Of a stretch of 64,000 nt of DNA, positions 25,549-39,156 are shown piece by piece. Below the pieces are notes generated by a model. That model had not been told where the DNA came from. It saw nothing but the letters and a program-made list of their open reading frames with translations, and made no database searches. The stretch is from Octopus vulgaris (Eukaryota). The position numbers and the translations under genes were made by a program. Where the stretch lies: the NCBI GenBank assembly GCA_951406725.2, contig OX597817.1, forward strand, positions 44,268,001 through 44,332,000, written 5' to 3'. Position 1 is the first letter of the stretch; each line of letters opens with the position of its first letter.

Positions 25549-26573
25549 AAGAGAACGAGAGAGAGAGGGAGGGAGGGGAGGAGGATAGAATGTGCTGTTA
25601 ATCCGAAGACGTAAGCCAAGAGGTTTTCGTTGCATATACAAAATACAAACGGCTTTGTGCGCAGCACCATTGAGAAGAATACGTCTAAATGCATTGTAGC
25701 AACGCAGTCAAATGTATAATAATAAACAAAGCTAAATTGTATTCGTACAGCGTTGAATGAATCGGCATGAAATCAACCCTCTCTCGTTATTTCTACTTTG
25801 CAGATCATACTACTCAGCCCTTTCTGTTTATGGCTGCGCATGCTGTCCCAGACGACCGCCTCAGAAGAGAACAGGAACTTATTTTATTTCTTGTAACGTT
25901 CCAACCACTCAATTTAAATTATCATCACATTCCCTTTAACAGCTTTTTCAGCTATGTACACAACATACTTAAAAAATAGACACTCAGCCAAAATAGAACA
26001 TCCCAGTTCATGAATCATTTGCACAGATATGCTGCTGACTCATAAACAAATAATCGCACGAACTCGTGTTGATTTCTAAAACATATAAAAATATACATCA
26101 CCCAAAATTCATCAGATACACATAGGGACGCACATCTTCTATTGACATACGTACATAAATGAATACATCAAATACAAATAAACACCACACACATAATTAC
26201 AAACACTCACATTTGCATGCTCACATACAGAACATAAAATACACACACTTCAAAAAATCACGCGCATGCAGAAAATTGTATCATGCACTCATTCAAAACT
26301 CACGTACACACACTCTAATATGCTCACATACACAGACCAGCATAGTCAATGTACACAGGTATCAAACACACAAACATACATATATACAAACACATCTGCT
26401 ATTTTCTGTGATACAGTATACGTATCTCCACAAATGATACAGCATGTACACATCAGTTATCCGCCCACACTGATCTCTCTCACACACACTCACACTCACA
26501 CACACAAACACACACAAGTACTTACACACATGCCTCTGCTTATAAAAATAAGAATGCACACTCCGGTACACAT

Positions 26574-27156
26574 AGGTGCATGAGTGGCTGTGTGGTAAGT
26601 AGCGTCTGGGTTTAGTCCCACTGCGTAGCACTTTGGGTAACTGTCTTCTACTATAGCCTCGGGCCGACCAAGCCTTGTGAGTGGATTTGGTGGACGGAAA
26701 CTGAAAGAAGCCCGTCGTATATATGTATAGATCGTTAGCCACTACACACATTTTGTTTCTCTCTCCTTGTTTCTCTCCTTGTTTTTTTTCTGTGTACCTT
26801 TCTGTAGAAGAGCGTAGGGTCGAAACGTAAAAGACTTTTTCTATTCCTGAGCGTTATACTAATACATCTGTTGGTTTTGTACACCATCTGTTTTCGTCTT
26901 TTAGTTTTTTTCGTAAACTCTCCCTATATATGTGTGTGTGTTTATGTTTGTGTGTCTGTGTTTGTCCCTCCAACATCGCTTGACAACCGATGCTGGTATG
27001 TTTACGTCCCCGTAACTTAGCGGTTCGGCAAAAGACAACAATAGAATATGTACTAGACTTACGAAGAATAAGTCCTGGGTCGATTTGCTCGACTAAAGGC
27101 GGTGCTCCAACATGGCCACAGTCAAATGACTGAAACAAGTAAAAGAGTAAAAAGTA
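26574..27156 (+). mobile_element. SINE family B with the same inserted module as 12462-13019
   Basis: Family B head and tail; insert at 26730-26924 near-identical to 12666-12845. Confidence 0.88.
26798..26833 (+). ncRNA. Minimal hammerhead-like motif with variant core, second copy
   Basis: CTTT-CTGTAGA-A-GAGC(GTAG)GGTC-GAAAC-GTA-AAAG; stem I CUUU/AAAG and one mismatch in stem II. Confidence 0.4.
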
Positions 27157-27455
27157 TATAAAAGTTGGCATATCGCATACACACAATCAACATCAGATCC
27201 ATTTGTAAATTTTTCGGCATTAAACAGTATTTTCTATCCGTTTTCTCTTCCAAATTAGTCGGAAATATACCCCTCTCGTAAACGCATATGAATTTAAACG
27301 TCATTTTACTTTCTTTCTTAAGCTATATCAGGTTCTTGTTTTCCGATGCCGTATAAATAAATCCCAAACTTTAAATAGTCCATTTCTTTAATTATCTTGC
27401 GATAAAATAATACAATTTTCATCGGCTTACTCGATGTATTCTTATTTGTATGTTC

Positions 27456-27516
<61 letters not shown>

Positions 27517-28075
27517 TATATGTATAGAAATTAAATATAACATATTAATTACAAAGTGGGACAAGAACGCAAAAACACACAAAGAGACGACACAAAAAAA
27601 CAGACGGGTCACTCGAAGCCTCTAATCTTCAGTCGGGAACCGGATCATCTTAGTAATTTCGGCTGTTTAATCTCGATATTACCCCGAACCGGCCAGCCCC
27701 AAGGGAAAACCAAGCCACAGGCATCGGATTTCTTGGAAAGAGGATCGAATGTATACGAAACAAAGACAAGATGCCACACGAATATAAATACAAGAAACAA
27801 AAATAGAAATAAAAAACAGAAATAGAAAACACGAATGGTGGACAGTACAAGGACAGAGGCGTCTTACGACCTTAGACAATTTTTAACTTATTTTGGCTGG
27901 CGTATATGAAAAAAGCCTTTACGGCAAAACGAAAACAACGTTAACGTGGCCGCAGTCAGGCCGAAAAGACCAGTTTGAACGCGGTCACGTGAGAGCACGG
28001 AAGAAAGAGAAAGAAAAAGAAAGGCAGGGAGCAAGGAATTAAAGAGAGAGGGAAAGAAAGGGACGAAGGCACCAG

Positions 28076-28126
<51 letters not shown>

Positions 28127-28633
28127 GAGTAATCAGAGAAGGGAGAAGAAACAGGATTGGCACAGCAATAGAAATGACGGTGCAAATAAGAGTGGGGGAA
28201 GAATCAGAAGCAAGGAAAGAAAAAGACACATACTATAGAGAGAGTGGGTGTAAAGACGTCGTACAAGGTAAAAATGTGTGTATACATAGGAGATAGGGGT
28301 ACGTTACGCCGCAATAATATATGTATAGAAATTAAATATAAAATATAAATTATAAAGTGGGACAAGAACGCAAAAACACACAAAGAGACGACACAAAAAA
28401 ACAGACGGGTCACTCGAAGCCTCTAATCTTCAGTCGGGAACCGGGTCATCTTAGTAATTTCGGCTGTTTAATCTCGATATTACTCCGAACCGGCCAGCCC
28501 CAAGGAAAAACCAAGCCACAGGCATTGGATTTCTTGGAAAGAGGATCGAATGTATACGAAACAAAGACAGGATGCCACACGAATATAAATACAAGAAACA
28601 AAAATAGAAATAAAAAACAGAAATAGAAAACAC
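27517..28633. mobile_element. Element with two direct repeats of about 315 bp (period 801 bp) inserted between (TA)n tracts; Penelope-like pseudo-LTR arrangement suspected
   Basis: 27517-27832 and 28318-28633 are near-identical. Purine-rich spacer with (GA)n. No TG...CA ends or primer-binding site seen. Confidence 0.6.
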
Positions 28634-29493
28634 ATAGACAGTACAATATATATATATATTCACACACTCATATGTATATGGGTATGTATATATGTATTTA
28701 ATGGCATCATATTTTGCGTTGGTTAACCTAACAGCAAAAAATTGTGTGAAATTTCAAATATAAAATATTTATCTATTGTTATCGAAAATGTCTTTTGAGA
28801 TGACTTGAGTGTTGCTCTCTTCGGGCTTTGTAGACGAAGATAAGTAACATTAGTTCGTGCAGCCAACGGTCTCAGCCAGGCTGTTACCGCTGGCGTTGTT
28901 ATCATGTAGCCAAAGTCAAATTCTGTAAATTCGTGCAGCCGATGATCCTGGCTGGGCGACTAGCAATCTCGTTATGGTCGAGTAGCCGGTGTTGAGATGT
29001 ATAAAGTCGTCGCGCTGTCACAGACCTTAACTGGGCTGCTACTGGATAAACCAACTATGTATATCTAATGGCTGTCAAAGAAATTGTGCCAACGACAAAA
29101 TTGTTAATGACATTTTCATATTCTAATGGAAAAGGCATCTTTTGGTCAGCATAGCAATTGATAATAAGTTCTTAATGTCTATACCAGAGATTTGAGTGGT
29201 CAGTTATTTGCTGATGTCAAACTATGACAGAATTCTTACTGTTGTCCAGTTAGCTTCACGTGTGATCATAGTGATTCAGGTTCGACTCCTAGGTAATGAT
29301 TTGGTGTTTGGGACTGCCAGATATTCCTGCTACACACACACGCACATAAACTAGAGGATATATATTTATATATATATGTACATATACGTGTGTAACTATG
29401 TACATATAATAAATATATTGAATATAACACATACATATATGTGTATGTGCGGATAGTTTTTGCTATGTGTAGTTGGTGTCCAAATTCACACAC

Positions 29494-29570
<77 letters not shown>

Positions 29571-29884
29571 AGCAATTCACATACACACATGCTACGCATA
29601 TGCGGGAAACCATCAGGAGAATATAATTAAAGAGAGAAAGAAAAAGAATTGAAAGAGAGTGGGAAAGAAGGAAAAGGAAAGCGTGTATATGAGATAAAGG
29701 TCACTTAGCAACACTGAAATCCTTATAAACTTTTGCTTAAGCCACTAAAGACAAAGGTCATTTTCTAGACCAATATATAATATTTCTAATGCCTGCAGTC
29801 GACCATTATTTTATCTTTTGTCTACTGTCAGGTCACCAGATTTCATCCATGAGATTGACAGCATCGCCAATCACTCTATCGCAT

Positions 29885-29901
29885 TACTACTACTACTACT
29901 A

Positions 29902-29936
<35 letters not shown>

Positions 29937-30036
29937 GCTACTAGAATCAGTGCTACAGTTGCTGCTGCCGCCGATGCTACTGATGCAGCTACAACAACAA
30001 CAACAATAACTACTACTACTACTACTACCGCCACCT

Positions 30037-30077
<41 letters not shown>

Positions 30078-30255
30078 GCTGCAGCTACTACTACTAGAAT
30101 CAGTGCTATAGCTGCTACCGCTCCTGATTATTCTGTTGCTGTCACTACTACTACTACTACTACTAATATTACTACTACTACTACTTCTACTACTACTACT
30201 ACAATCAATGCTACTCCTGCTGCCACCCCTCATGCTTCTGCTGCTGCTATTACTT

Positions 30256-30298
<43 letters not shown>

Positions 30299-30356
30299 AA
30301 TAATCAGTGCTACTACTGCTGCCCCCGATGCTACTGATGCAGCTACAACAACAACA

Positions 30357-30413
<57 letters not shown>

Positions 30414-30425
30414 GCTAATACTACT
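29885..30425. repeat. (ACT)n-based microsatellite with higher-order repeats
   Basis: AATCAGTGCTA recurs three times and CCGATGCTACTGATGCAGCTACAACAACAAC twice among (CTA)n runs. Confidence 0.9.
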
Positions 30426-30669
30426 TGCACAAAGGGAACCATTATCAATATTGCAAATTAATTCGCTCGGACTAAGCTAATTATAAAATAATGTCTCAGT
30501 GTACTCCGTTATAACAGAATTATAACCTGCTACAACCGCAAGAGTCACTGTTATAATCTTAGAATTATATAAGAAGACAGTCCAGATGGAACTGTCAGAT
30601 ATGCTTTCTAATATCTTCGCTAATTTTCTTAGAAAACTTATTACCGAATCTAGAAAACTGTACAGTACC

Positions 30670-30865
30670 TATTTCTTTTCTACCCACAAGAGGCTAAACA
30701 CAGAGAGAACAGACAAACGGATTAAGTCGATTATGTCGACCCCAGTGCGTAACTGGTACTTATTTAATCGACCCCGAAAGGATGAAAGGCAAAGTCGACC
30801 TCGGCGAAATTTGAACTCTAAGCATTTCGCCCGGCGTGCTAACGATTCTGTCAGCTCGTCGCCTT
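30670..30865 (-). mobile_element. SINE family A with internal deletions
   Basis: Family A blocks; flanking repeat CTGTACAGTACC. Confidence 0.87.
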
Positions 30866-32899
30866 CAAACCTGTACAGTACCGTCTGACATGAAGAATAA
30901 TCATATTATTATCTACAATGAAGCTGGAAGACAACCAAATTGTTTGAAGTTGTGATCCTCATGTCATCCTTTTTGTGGTTTCCCTGAAGTTAGTAATAAT
31001 ACCAAAATTGCTTTTTAATAGATTATTTTGGGAAAGGGTTAACTTGCTTGTAGATAAGAAAATATGATTTTGCATTTTGAGGGTAACATTAGGCCTTGAT
31101 ATGTGTATAACTAAAAAGTGCTCAGGGAAATAACTTAGGGCGGGATCGAAATGACGTTTAGATAATTAACTCTAAGGTGTAGAGTTCCGAATACTATCTG
31201 TATTTGGGTACTGGTGCTAACTGGGTAGAGTATATCCACGAGTGGCTTATTGCAGAGTGACTTTCAGATGTGGAGGTTAATTATACATATGGCTTAGCCA
31301 AGGTAGGAGTAAACCCGCCACTGTCGCGAACGATCAGTGGCGGGTTTCCTCAGGAAAGAGAAGTCAGCAGTTCATAGTGTTGATTCATCCAAATGCTGAA
31401 TTCTAAACGATGAATTCGTGGTATGTGGAATTCGGCCGCCCTCATGTATCTCTGGTCCCAAGGTAGAAACAGCATTAGTAACTGGCGGAAAACTCAAGCT
31501 GATTCGCTTAACGGTGGTTAGAGAAGGGCAAGGGCAAATCAGTAATCCAGATTTTGGTCCTTGTACTGCAGTACTGCCTGGTGGGTGACATTTAACAAGC
31601 TGATTATTCCTCGGTCTCTGCAGATGCATTAGTAACACATAATAAGGCCTGAATCACTCATGTTTTGAAGGCCGCAATCGGTTCTCTCAATCAAGTGGTT
31701 ATTATTTACTAAATTAACTTTCTGTTCCGATTAAATCTGGGTCACCACAGACACCTAAGAACCCATGTTAGAGTAAGGCGAAATGGAAGCAATTGATGTA
31801 GACAGGATTTGTTTCTCGGGCAAGAAAGCCCTCGATTGAAGTCGATATCAAGTAAATTTTTAAACTTGGTCTACTTGAACCTTGCAGCCAACAAAGACCA
31901 AAAAGCCATTTCTCTTACATATTAATTGAGAATTTAGTCTCTGCTTCTTGATATTATCTCCTTCTCTCTTTGAGATGCACAAACAATTTCCGACATGTTT
32001 CACTTCAGTCTCTCCTCTCTCACTCAGAGAAAAAATTCAAAGAAAAAATGTTTGTATACAATACTTAGTATCCCACCCTGTCAAATGATTATTCAAATTT
32101 GACGTCGTTGAGTTCGTTCGCTTAGTTCTTTTAATTTCACATAGAAATAGCCAGAGTTGGATGTGTAGTGAGATAAGTATAAATAGATAAACTGAATATG
32201 AAAAAGAGATACAAATTAGAAAAATCTTGAGAGGAATGGAGACGTTAAATTGATGATTAATGGAAAGATACGTAGATAGATATCATAACCAATTGATATA
32301 TGGGAAATCGATATACACAAATAGAGATTGAGATATTGTCAAAATCGAGGAAGGAAAGATAAATATGTGTGCGCTCACATATACATAGAAATATGCAAAA
32401 CTAACATACCTAGCACGGGCACAAGTATGCTTACACATACACACACACACATACGCGAGCACGCAAAGCATAGAAATCTCCCTACCGTATTCAAATTTAA
32501 TCTTTTTTCCATTTATGATTTTTCATAGTTCTTTATTAGTCCTTTATATTTTGTTTTGAGCACAAATTTTTCTAAATCCATTATCTTTTCAAGACCTCGA
32601 GTTCATTTCAATGAACTGGTGAAAGTCACTCGTTATTGTTGTGATTTTATAGTTGTTATATAGGATAAAATAGTCGCCAGTTTTAACATTGCTAACAGTG
32701 AACTTTAGGATGCTTTCATTGTTTATTTTACGTTGGGTCTAGCTGTGTGTAAATGTTTATCCATCAAATGAGTTATTAATACGAAATTATAGAGTTTTAA
32801 CACTATTTATTAAAGGTCGCTCGAAAGCGTTTATAGGAGCTAAAGAATAATACAATAACAAATACATCTCGTCACACACAAACATCAGATGCAACAGCC

Positions 32900-33165
32900 A
32901 GTTGTTTATGGAAGGCCAGCAGTCACCCATGCATACCAGCCTCCCCTCTCCACACCAACGATGTTACCCAAGGAAAAGGCAAAGGCCGACATAGCTTGTC
33001 ACCAGTGACGTCACCGCTCAGTTTTACAGCTGAGTGAACTGGAGCAACGTGAAAATAAAGTGTTTTCCTCAAGAACACAACACAGAGCGCGGTCCGGGAA
33101 TCGAAATCACCACCTCATGATCGTGAGCGCGACGCTATAACAACTGGGCCATAACAATTTCACCA
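32900..33165 (-). mobile_element. SINE family D
   Basis: Reverse complement of the family D head and body. Confidence 0.82.
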
Positions 33166-33556
33166 GGAGAAATGCTTAGTCGTATTTCGTCTGTCGTTAC
33201 GTTTTGAGTTCAAATTCCACCGAGGTCAACTTTGCCTTTCATCATTTCGGGGTCGATTAAATAAGTACCAGTTACGCACTGGGGTCGATATAATCGACTT
33301 CATCCATTTGTCTGTCCTTGTTTGTCCCCTCTGTGTTTAGCCCCTTGTGGGTAGTAAAGAAATAGGCATTTCGTCTGCCGGTACGTTCTGAGTTCAAATG
33401 TCGCCGAGGTCAACTTTGTCTTTCATCCTTTCGGGGGGGGGGGGGTCGATAAATAAGTACCAGTTAGATAGGGGGTTGATGTAATCGACTTAATACCTTT
33501 GTCTGTCCTTGTTTGTCTCCTCTATGTTTAGCTCCTTGTGGGCAATAAAGAAATAA
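33165..33556 (+). mobile_element. SINE family A, dimeric and 5'-truncated
   Basis: Two tandem central-plus-tail units ending GGCAATAAAGAAATA. Confidence 0.87.
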
Positions 33557-33570
33557 ATATACATACATAC

Positions 33571-33622
<52 letters not shown>

Positions 33623-33778
33623 ATATCACCTCTTGTATTACATTACACTTAACTATTACTCACAGCTACTTCTTCCCCTTTTGGAATATTATCCTGAGCC
33701 ACATTTCATCTACAATCGTCAACTTGCATATTTCAAAAGACGCTTTAACCACATCGGTCCACTGGTCGTAGAAAGTCA

Positions 33779-34173
33779 GTGGAGGCACAATGGCCCAGTG
33801 GACACGCGGTCGTAAGAACGCGGTTTCGATTCTCAGGCGGAGGGTGGTGGTGAACCTCGCTGTACTCTTTCTCCACAACTTTCTCTTACTCTTTCTTGCT
33901 ACTTCTGCCACAAAGTAGAGGAACCATGGTGTAACCCCCTATGGTGTGGTAAACTTTCAGACCCTAGTCTAGATTGCGAATCCTCTGTACCCCAGGATGG
34001 TTCAGCTCTCCATCCGTTAAAAGCCACCGTTTACGGAATGAGGATAACAACGTAGCTTTCGCGCCCGTGCAACCGCCAGTCTATCGCGTGTGGTGGGTGG
34101 ATCTTCAAGTTGCCACACGAATTCTTAGTAGCTGATTGGAAGAAGAAGAAGAAGAAGAAGAAGAAAGAAGAAG
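33779..34173 (+). mobile_element. SINE family E (family C-like head, different tail ending in (GAA)n)
   Basis: GTGGAGGCACAATGGCCCAGTGG...GGTTTCGATTCTCAG...CCACAACTTTCTC...(GAA)n. Confidence 0.86.
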
Positions 34174-34331
34174 ACAACAACTCCAATCGCTTTGTCTCCA
34201 GCATTGAATTCCACTGGGGATATTAGAACTCATAACTGGAAAATTCACTTCATTATTTCTTATAAATGCATCACACAGTCATATGATGCCATTGTACAAA
34301 TCAGATATATTTGGAATTTTCGATGTAGAGA

Positions 34332-34540
34332 TACTCCTTTACTCTTTTACCTGTTTCAGTCATTTGACTGCGGCCATGCTGGAGCACCGCCTTTTAGTCG
34401 AGCAAATCTACCCCAGAACTTATTCGTTGTAAGCCTAGTACTTATTCTATCGGTCTCTTTTGACGAACCGCTAAGTTACAGGGACGTAAATACACCAGCA
34501 TCGGTTATCAAGTGATGTTAGGGGAACAAACACAGACACA

Positions 34541-34594
<54 letters not shown>

Positions 34595-34767
34595 TATATA
34601 TACATATATATGACGGGATTCTTTCACTTTCCGTCTACCAAATCCTCTCACAAGGCTTTGGTCGGCCAGAGGCAATAGTAGAAGACTGTTGCCCAAGGTG
34701 CCACACAGTGGGACTGAACCCGGAACCATGTAAGCAAGCTACTTACTACACAGCCACTCCTGCGCCT
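34332..34767 (-). mobile_element. SINE family B
   Basis: Full tail-to-head match on the minus strand. Confidence 0.9.
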
Positions 34768-34985
34768 ATAAATTATAAACATCCTGCGATGTTTATACTT
34801 TTGACAAGAAGTGTGTTAGGTTACCGTTTCTGTTCTCTGAGATTTTAAATTCGTGTCTATCAGGTGCTTATGGCTATTATGTATGGGCATGATAGCGTGT
34901 GTGTGTAGGAGTGTGTATACACACACAGTAACACACACACACATGCATGTGCATATGTATGAGTATACATACATGTATATATCTA

Positions 34986-35020
<35 letters not shown>

Positions 35021-35180
35021 ATATATATATATATATATATATTCTCTCTCTCACACACACACACTCACACACATACACATACACAAATATATATATGAGA
35101 GTGTGTTTGTACATATATATAAATATATATTTGAGTATACATACACGAACACATACACAGAAATAACATAGATGTATAAA

Positions 35181-35236
<56 letters not shown>

Positions 35237-36839
35237 GAGAGAAATAAAAAGAGAGAAAGTGTGTGGCTAATAAAGGAAATTACATTTTCTCTTCTTTTTT
35301 TTTCTAATTTGTATTTTCAATTTTCACGTGACACATATTATTTGTTTTATTATTATCCTGTTGTTTATTTATGTTTCTATAAGCATACCGCTAATAGTTA
35401 GCAATTTTCTCTCTGCTAAATGAATGATAGTAGCAGAAATGTTAACTCGTGAATTTTTAATTACTGATAGCCACTAACTTTCATGTACATAAAGCTAACT
35501 TTACTAGCTTCGAATGTTTAGCCACATACTGTACACACAAGTATAGACACGTAGGCAAAATCTCACTCACAAACAACCACACATACGCGCTTACATGAAA
35601 AGACTAGACCGTTTCTTGTACTATTTGTTGAATGTACATGTCACGTTTTTCTTAATGGCGTCCAGAAGTTGTAGTGTAGGTGTTAAAGTTGCCTAGCAAC
35701 TTACATTTCTTTTGTGAAGACATAGATAAGCATTTTGATGTTGATCTATTGATGGATTATGTTAACTTGAAGCTATCAGAAGTGCTTAGTGTTGGGAAAA
35801 AGTGTAACAACAATAACATGTACAATAACAACAACATCAATAAAACGAAAGACAAAAATGCTTTTAAGGCTGCAAATACAAATATTTGAGACAGAGAAAT
35901 GTGCTACAAAACTGTGTATTTCTGTGAACGGGTAGATGCATTTGTAAGGTTTGCTGGTCGGTTTGTGTGTCAAGTATTTTCATATATGTTTCAGTGAAAC
36001 AGTAAGCGCTTAGAACATTTATGCTTGTTCATCACTTCAGTGAGTGGTTTGGAACGAACGCCAGCTGTTAGTTAGTCTCTGCACACAACTATTAGTGTTA
36101 GAAGAAGTGTCGAATATATAAATGATGTATAAAACGACAAGTTTGTGTTAAAACCAAGCGTTAGATGGGAAGCAAGTCCATGTGACTTCATTGTACTGAC
36201 ACTCTCTCTGCGTACTTTGGCAAAGTTCAGTTCCAATGAATTAGATATGACTAGCAAATATAGTTCCTACTCTATTGCTGATTCGATCCAGAAATCAATA
36301 TAATCTAATCGATGGTCTGCTGGTATGAAAAACACCTACAGCTAATTCCATTCCTTATAAATAAAATCTTCCTAAAACAATCAGTTGTTTTGATCAAAAT
36401 CTACCATACAATACTTCACTTCACACAAACTCATTCATAAACAGTAACGGTATAACACATTACACAGCACACACATACACACACATACATGTATTGACAC
36501 CTGGAGACATAGAGACACAAATACACATTACTAGACAAACAGTCTCCGACTCTTATTCAATGTCATAGAATTACGAACTAATTTAGTAGTGTAAATTAAC
36601 AAACATTCAGAGTGATAAACACGTGAATACATACTCACAATCACACAAATTGCTACAAGCATATTTCCATTTATACATGTATAGATATAAATATATATAC
36701 ATATATATATATACACAACTGTTGTTCACAGGCATAATGCTTAAGCCGAAAGTCGATATAAATTCACATAAACGTATTCACACATAACTGCTTGCACACA
36801 AGTATCCACATAAATTTACACATCAAGTTACGTGTGCAG

Positions 36840-37107
<268 letters not shown>

Positions 37108-38552
37108 TTATTTACTGGCATGTATAAACATAGTCATTAAAAATACAGCACTTCTGAATATAATGTATATATTTTTAAATATAATAGCGCGAATTCAAAA
37201 CCTCGTGTAGTATCAATGAGTAATTGCTAATCTTTATGTTATAAATGGTATTATTTGTTATATAAAGAATTTTACTATACTTAAGGTAGAGTCTTAACGT
37301 ATTTTAGTTATATACATATGTAGCAATTGCGTAGTATATTAACAACTATAACTGTAACTTGAAAGCGAGTATAAATTAGTAGCATATTTCATATTTCAAA
37401 TACTATTCGCTAAGTGTCCTCAGGTGACTATGTGGCCCCGGGCAGACGTAAACGCCCATTACACTCTTGCTCCAGCTGAACATTCATGATGAGATAAAAA
37501 GACATATAGATAGATAGATAAATATATAAATAGAGAAAGAGGGGGAATGAGTGAGGCCCCCAACGCTCGAGTACTCATTTCAGCTAAGTAAACGGGTAAC
37601 GTGAAATGAAGGGCTCAACGAACCCCCCCCCCCCCAGTCCAAGAATCAAACTTGCGTCTTTATGGTTGTGAGTTTTAACCCTACCTAATTAGGCACATCT
37701 CTTCAATATAATATACTGGGGGCTCACTTTTATCCCCTGAAGACTTTTGTATATACTTTCCACATCGCAATATTCTCAAACGTATTGTCATGTCTATTTT
37801 TGAAATTGTGCTATGGCGGGATAGTTGACAAATCGTCAAGCACCCATCAAACTCTCAGATCAATATTCCAGAATAAACTACAAACATTTATAACGCTGGG
37901 TAGAATATCCATATTGAATAATGTTTTGAGGTTGGTATTTGACCTAAAGAATACGTTGAAACCATTGGCTGCAGCGTAGTGGATGTGAACTATTTCGTCA
38001 AATTAATTCATTGAATAAATGATGAATATCCCAAGGTGTTGAGAGGATCAACAGACCATAAAACTTCAACGGTTCAACAAAATTCAGTTAGCCAACTACT
38101 GCTACCATCTGTAGTCGTGGCCAGCGTTGATGCGACTGTCGAGACACGACATCCTTCAAAATGTCCATGCTTCCCGAAATCCGTCAACAGTACACCTGAT
38201 GGCTTTTTTCGTACATACACCTGAGCACTGTATACAGCAATTTCTTTCATTATTATTACTTTGCGAAAGACCAGTGTGACTAAAACCCAAGCCAGACGTT
38301 CGTGTCGCATCTCTTCCATCGGGACATCTGGCGTGAAAGAGTTGCTTTGGATCGAGAATGTCGTTCGAATTGATGATGGTGTACTTTATGTGTTACAGAA
38401 ATTGGTTATGCAACGATTGTGAGCTCAACATATCACATTACTAACTATATCAACAACAGGAAAAAATATCACAAACAAAACAAAGAAAATAACGTATATG
38501 TAACATTGAAGATTAAAAGAGTGTCAATAGTATATATATATATATATATATA

Positions 38553-38845
38553 CTGTCCTGTTCTTGTTACCACTTTTACCCTCCGCAAAAAATCGCAAAT
38601 TTTATTTAATTTGCTTTACGGGAAGGATTGTTTCAACGAAGTCGGGTCTTGTTCTTACTTTCGAAAACGCGGAGTAGATGAAACAGGAACAACTGAAGAA
38701 AGGGAATATTCCTTCTGTTGTATGTCTTGTACTCTGTTTTTTTCGTTGTTTGAAAAAATGTTCGTTTCTATGTTTTTGTTTTTGTGTTTTCGTTTCTCAT
38801 TGTCTTCAACCTTTTTTTTTTTGATGTCCTGTACCCATATATGCA
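38553..38845. mobile_element. Element of about 290 bp inserted in a (TA)n tract, possibly a Penelope-like terminal fragment
   Basis: Bounded by (TA)n on both sides, with strand-asymmetric GTTTT-rich composition like the 12666 and 27517 modules. Confidence 0.4.
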
Positions 38846-39118
38846 TGTATATATGCATATATTTATATATTATTTATATTATATATATATATATATAGTC
38901 TTTTTACGTAGTCTTTTTACTTATTATATAATGTTTATTCATTGTTATGTACTTTTTGTGATCTAGATATATGTTTTATAATATATTTTAGTTTTTATAT
39001 ATGATATGATTTACGTCTATCATTGTTTGAATTACATAATAGTGATTTTTCTCTAATTTATATATATTATATATTCATATTGTGAAATTTGATTTAATAT
39101 TAAATTGAATTTTTCCCT

Positions 39119-39156
<38 letters not shown>

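Noticed and set aside
25680-25705. microRNA (partial resemblance to the miR-277 and miR-33 5' ends)
   Set aside because: The match is limited to about 10 nt and no precursor hairpin is evident.
27626-27660. Permuted (type II) hammerhead from CGAAA ... CTGAAGA on the minus strand, and a similar pair at 38662-38699 on the plus strand
   Set aside because: The half-boxes are 24-26 nt apart in both elements, but stems I and III cannot be paired convincingly.
31370-31700. Gypsy RNase H-like words (TNAS, THQA) on the minus strand
   Set aside because: Spacing and surrounding residues do not support the domain; too weak to call.
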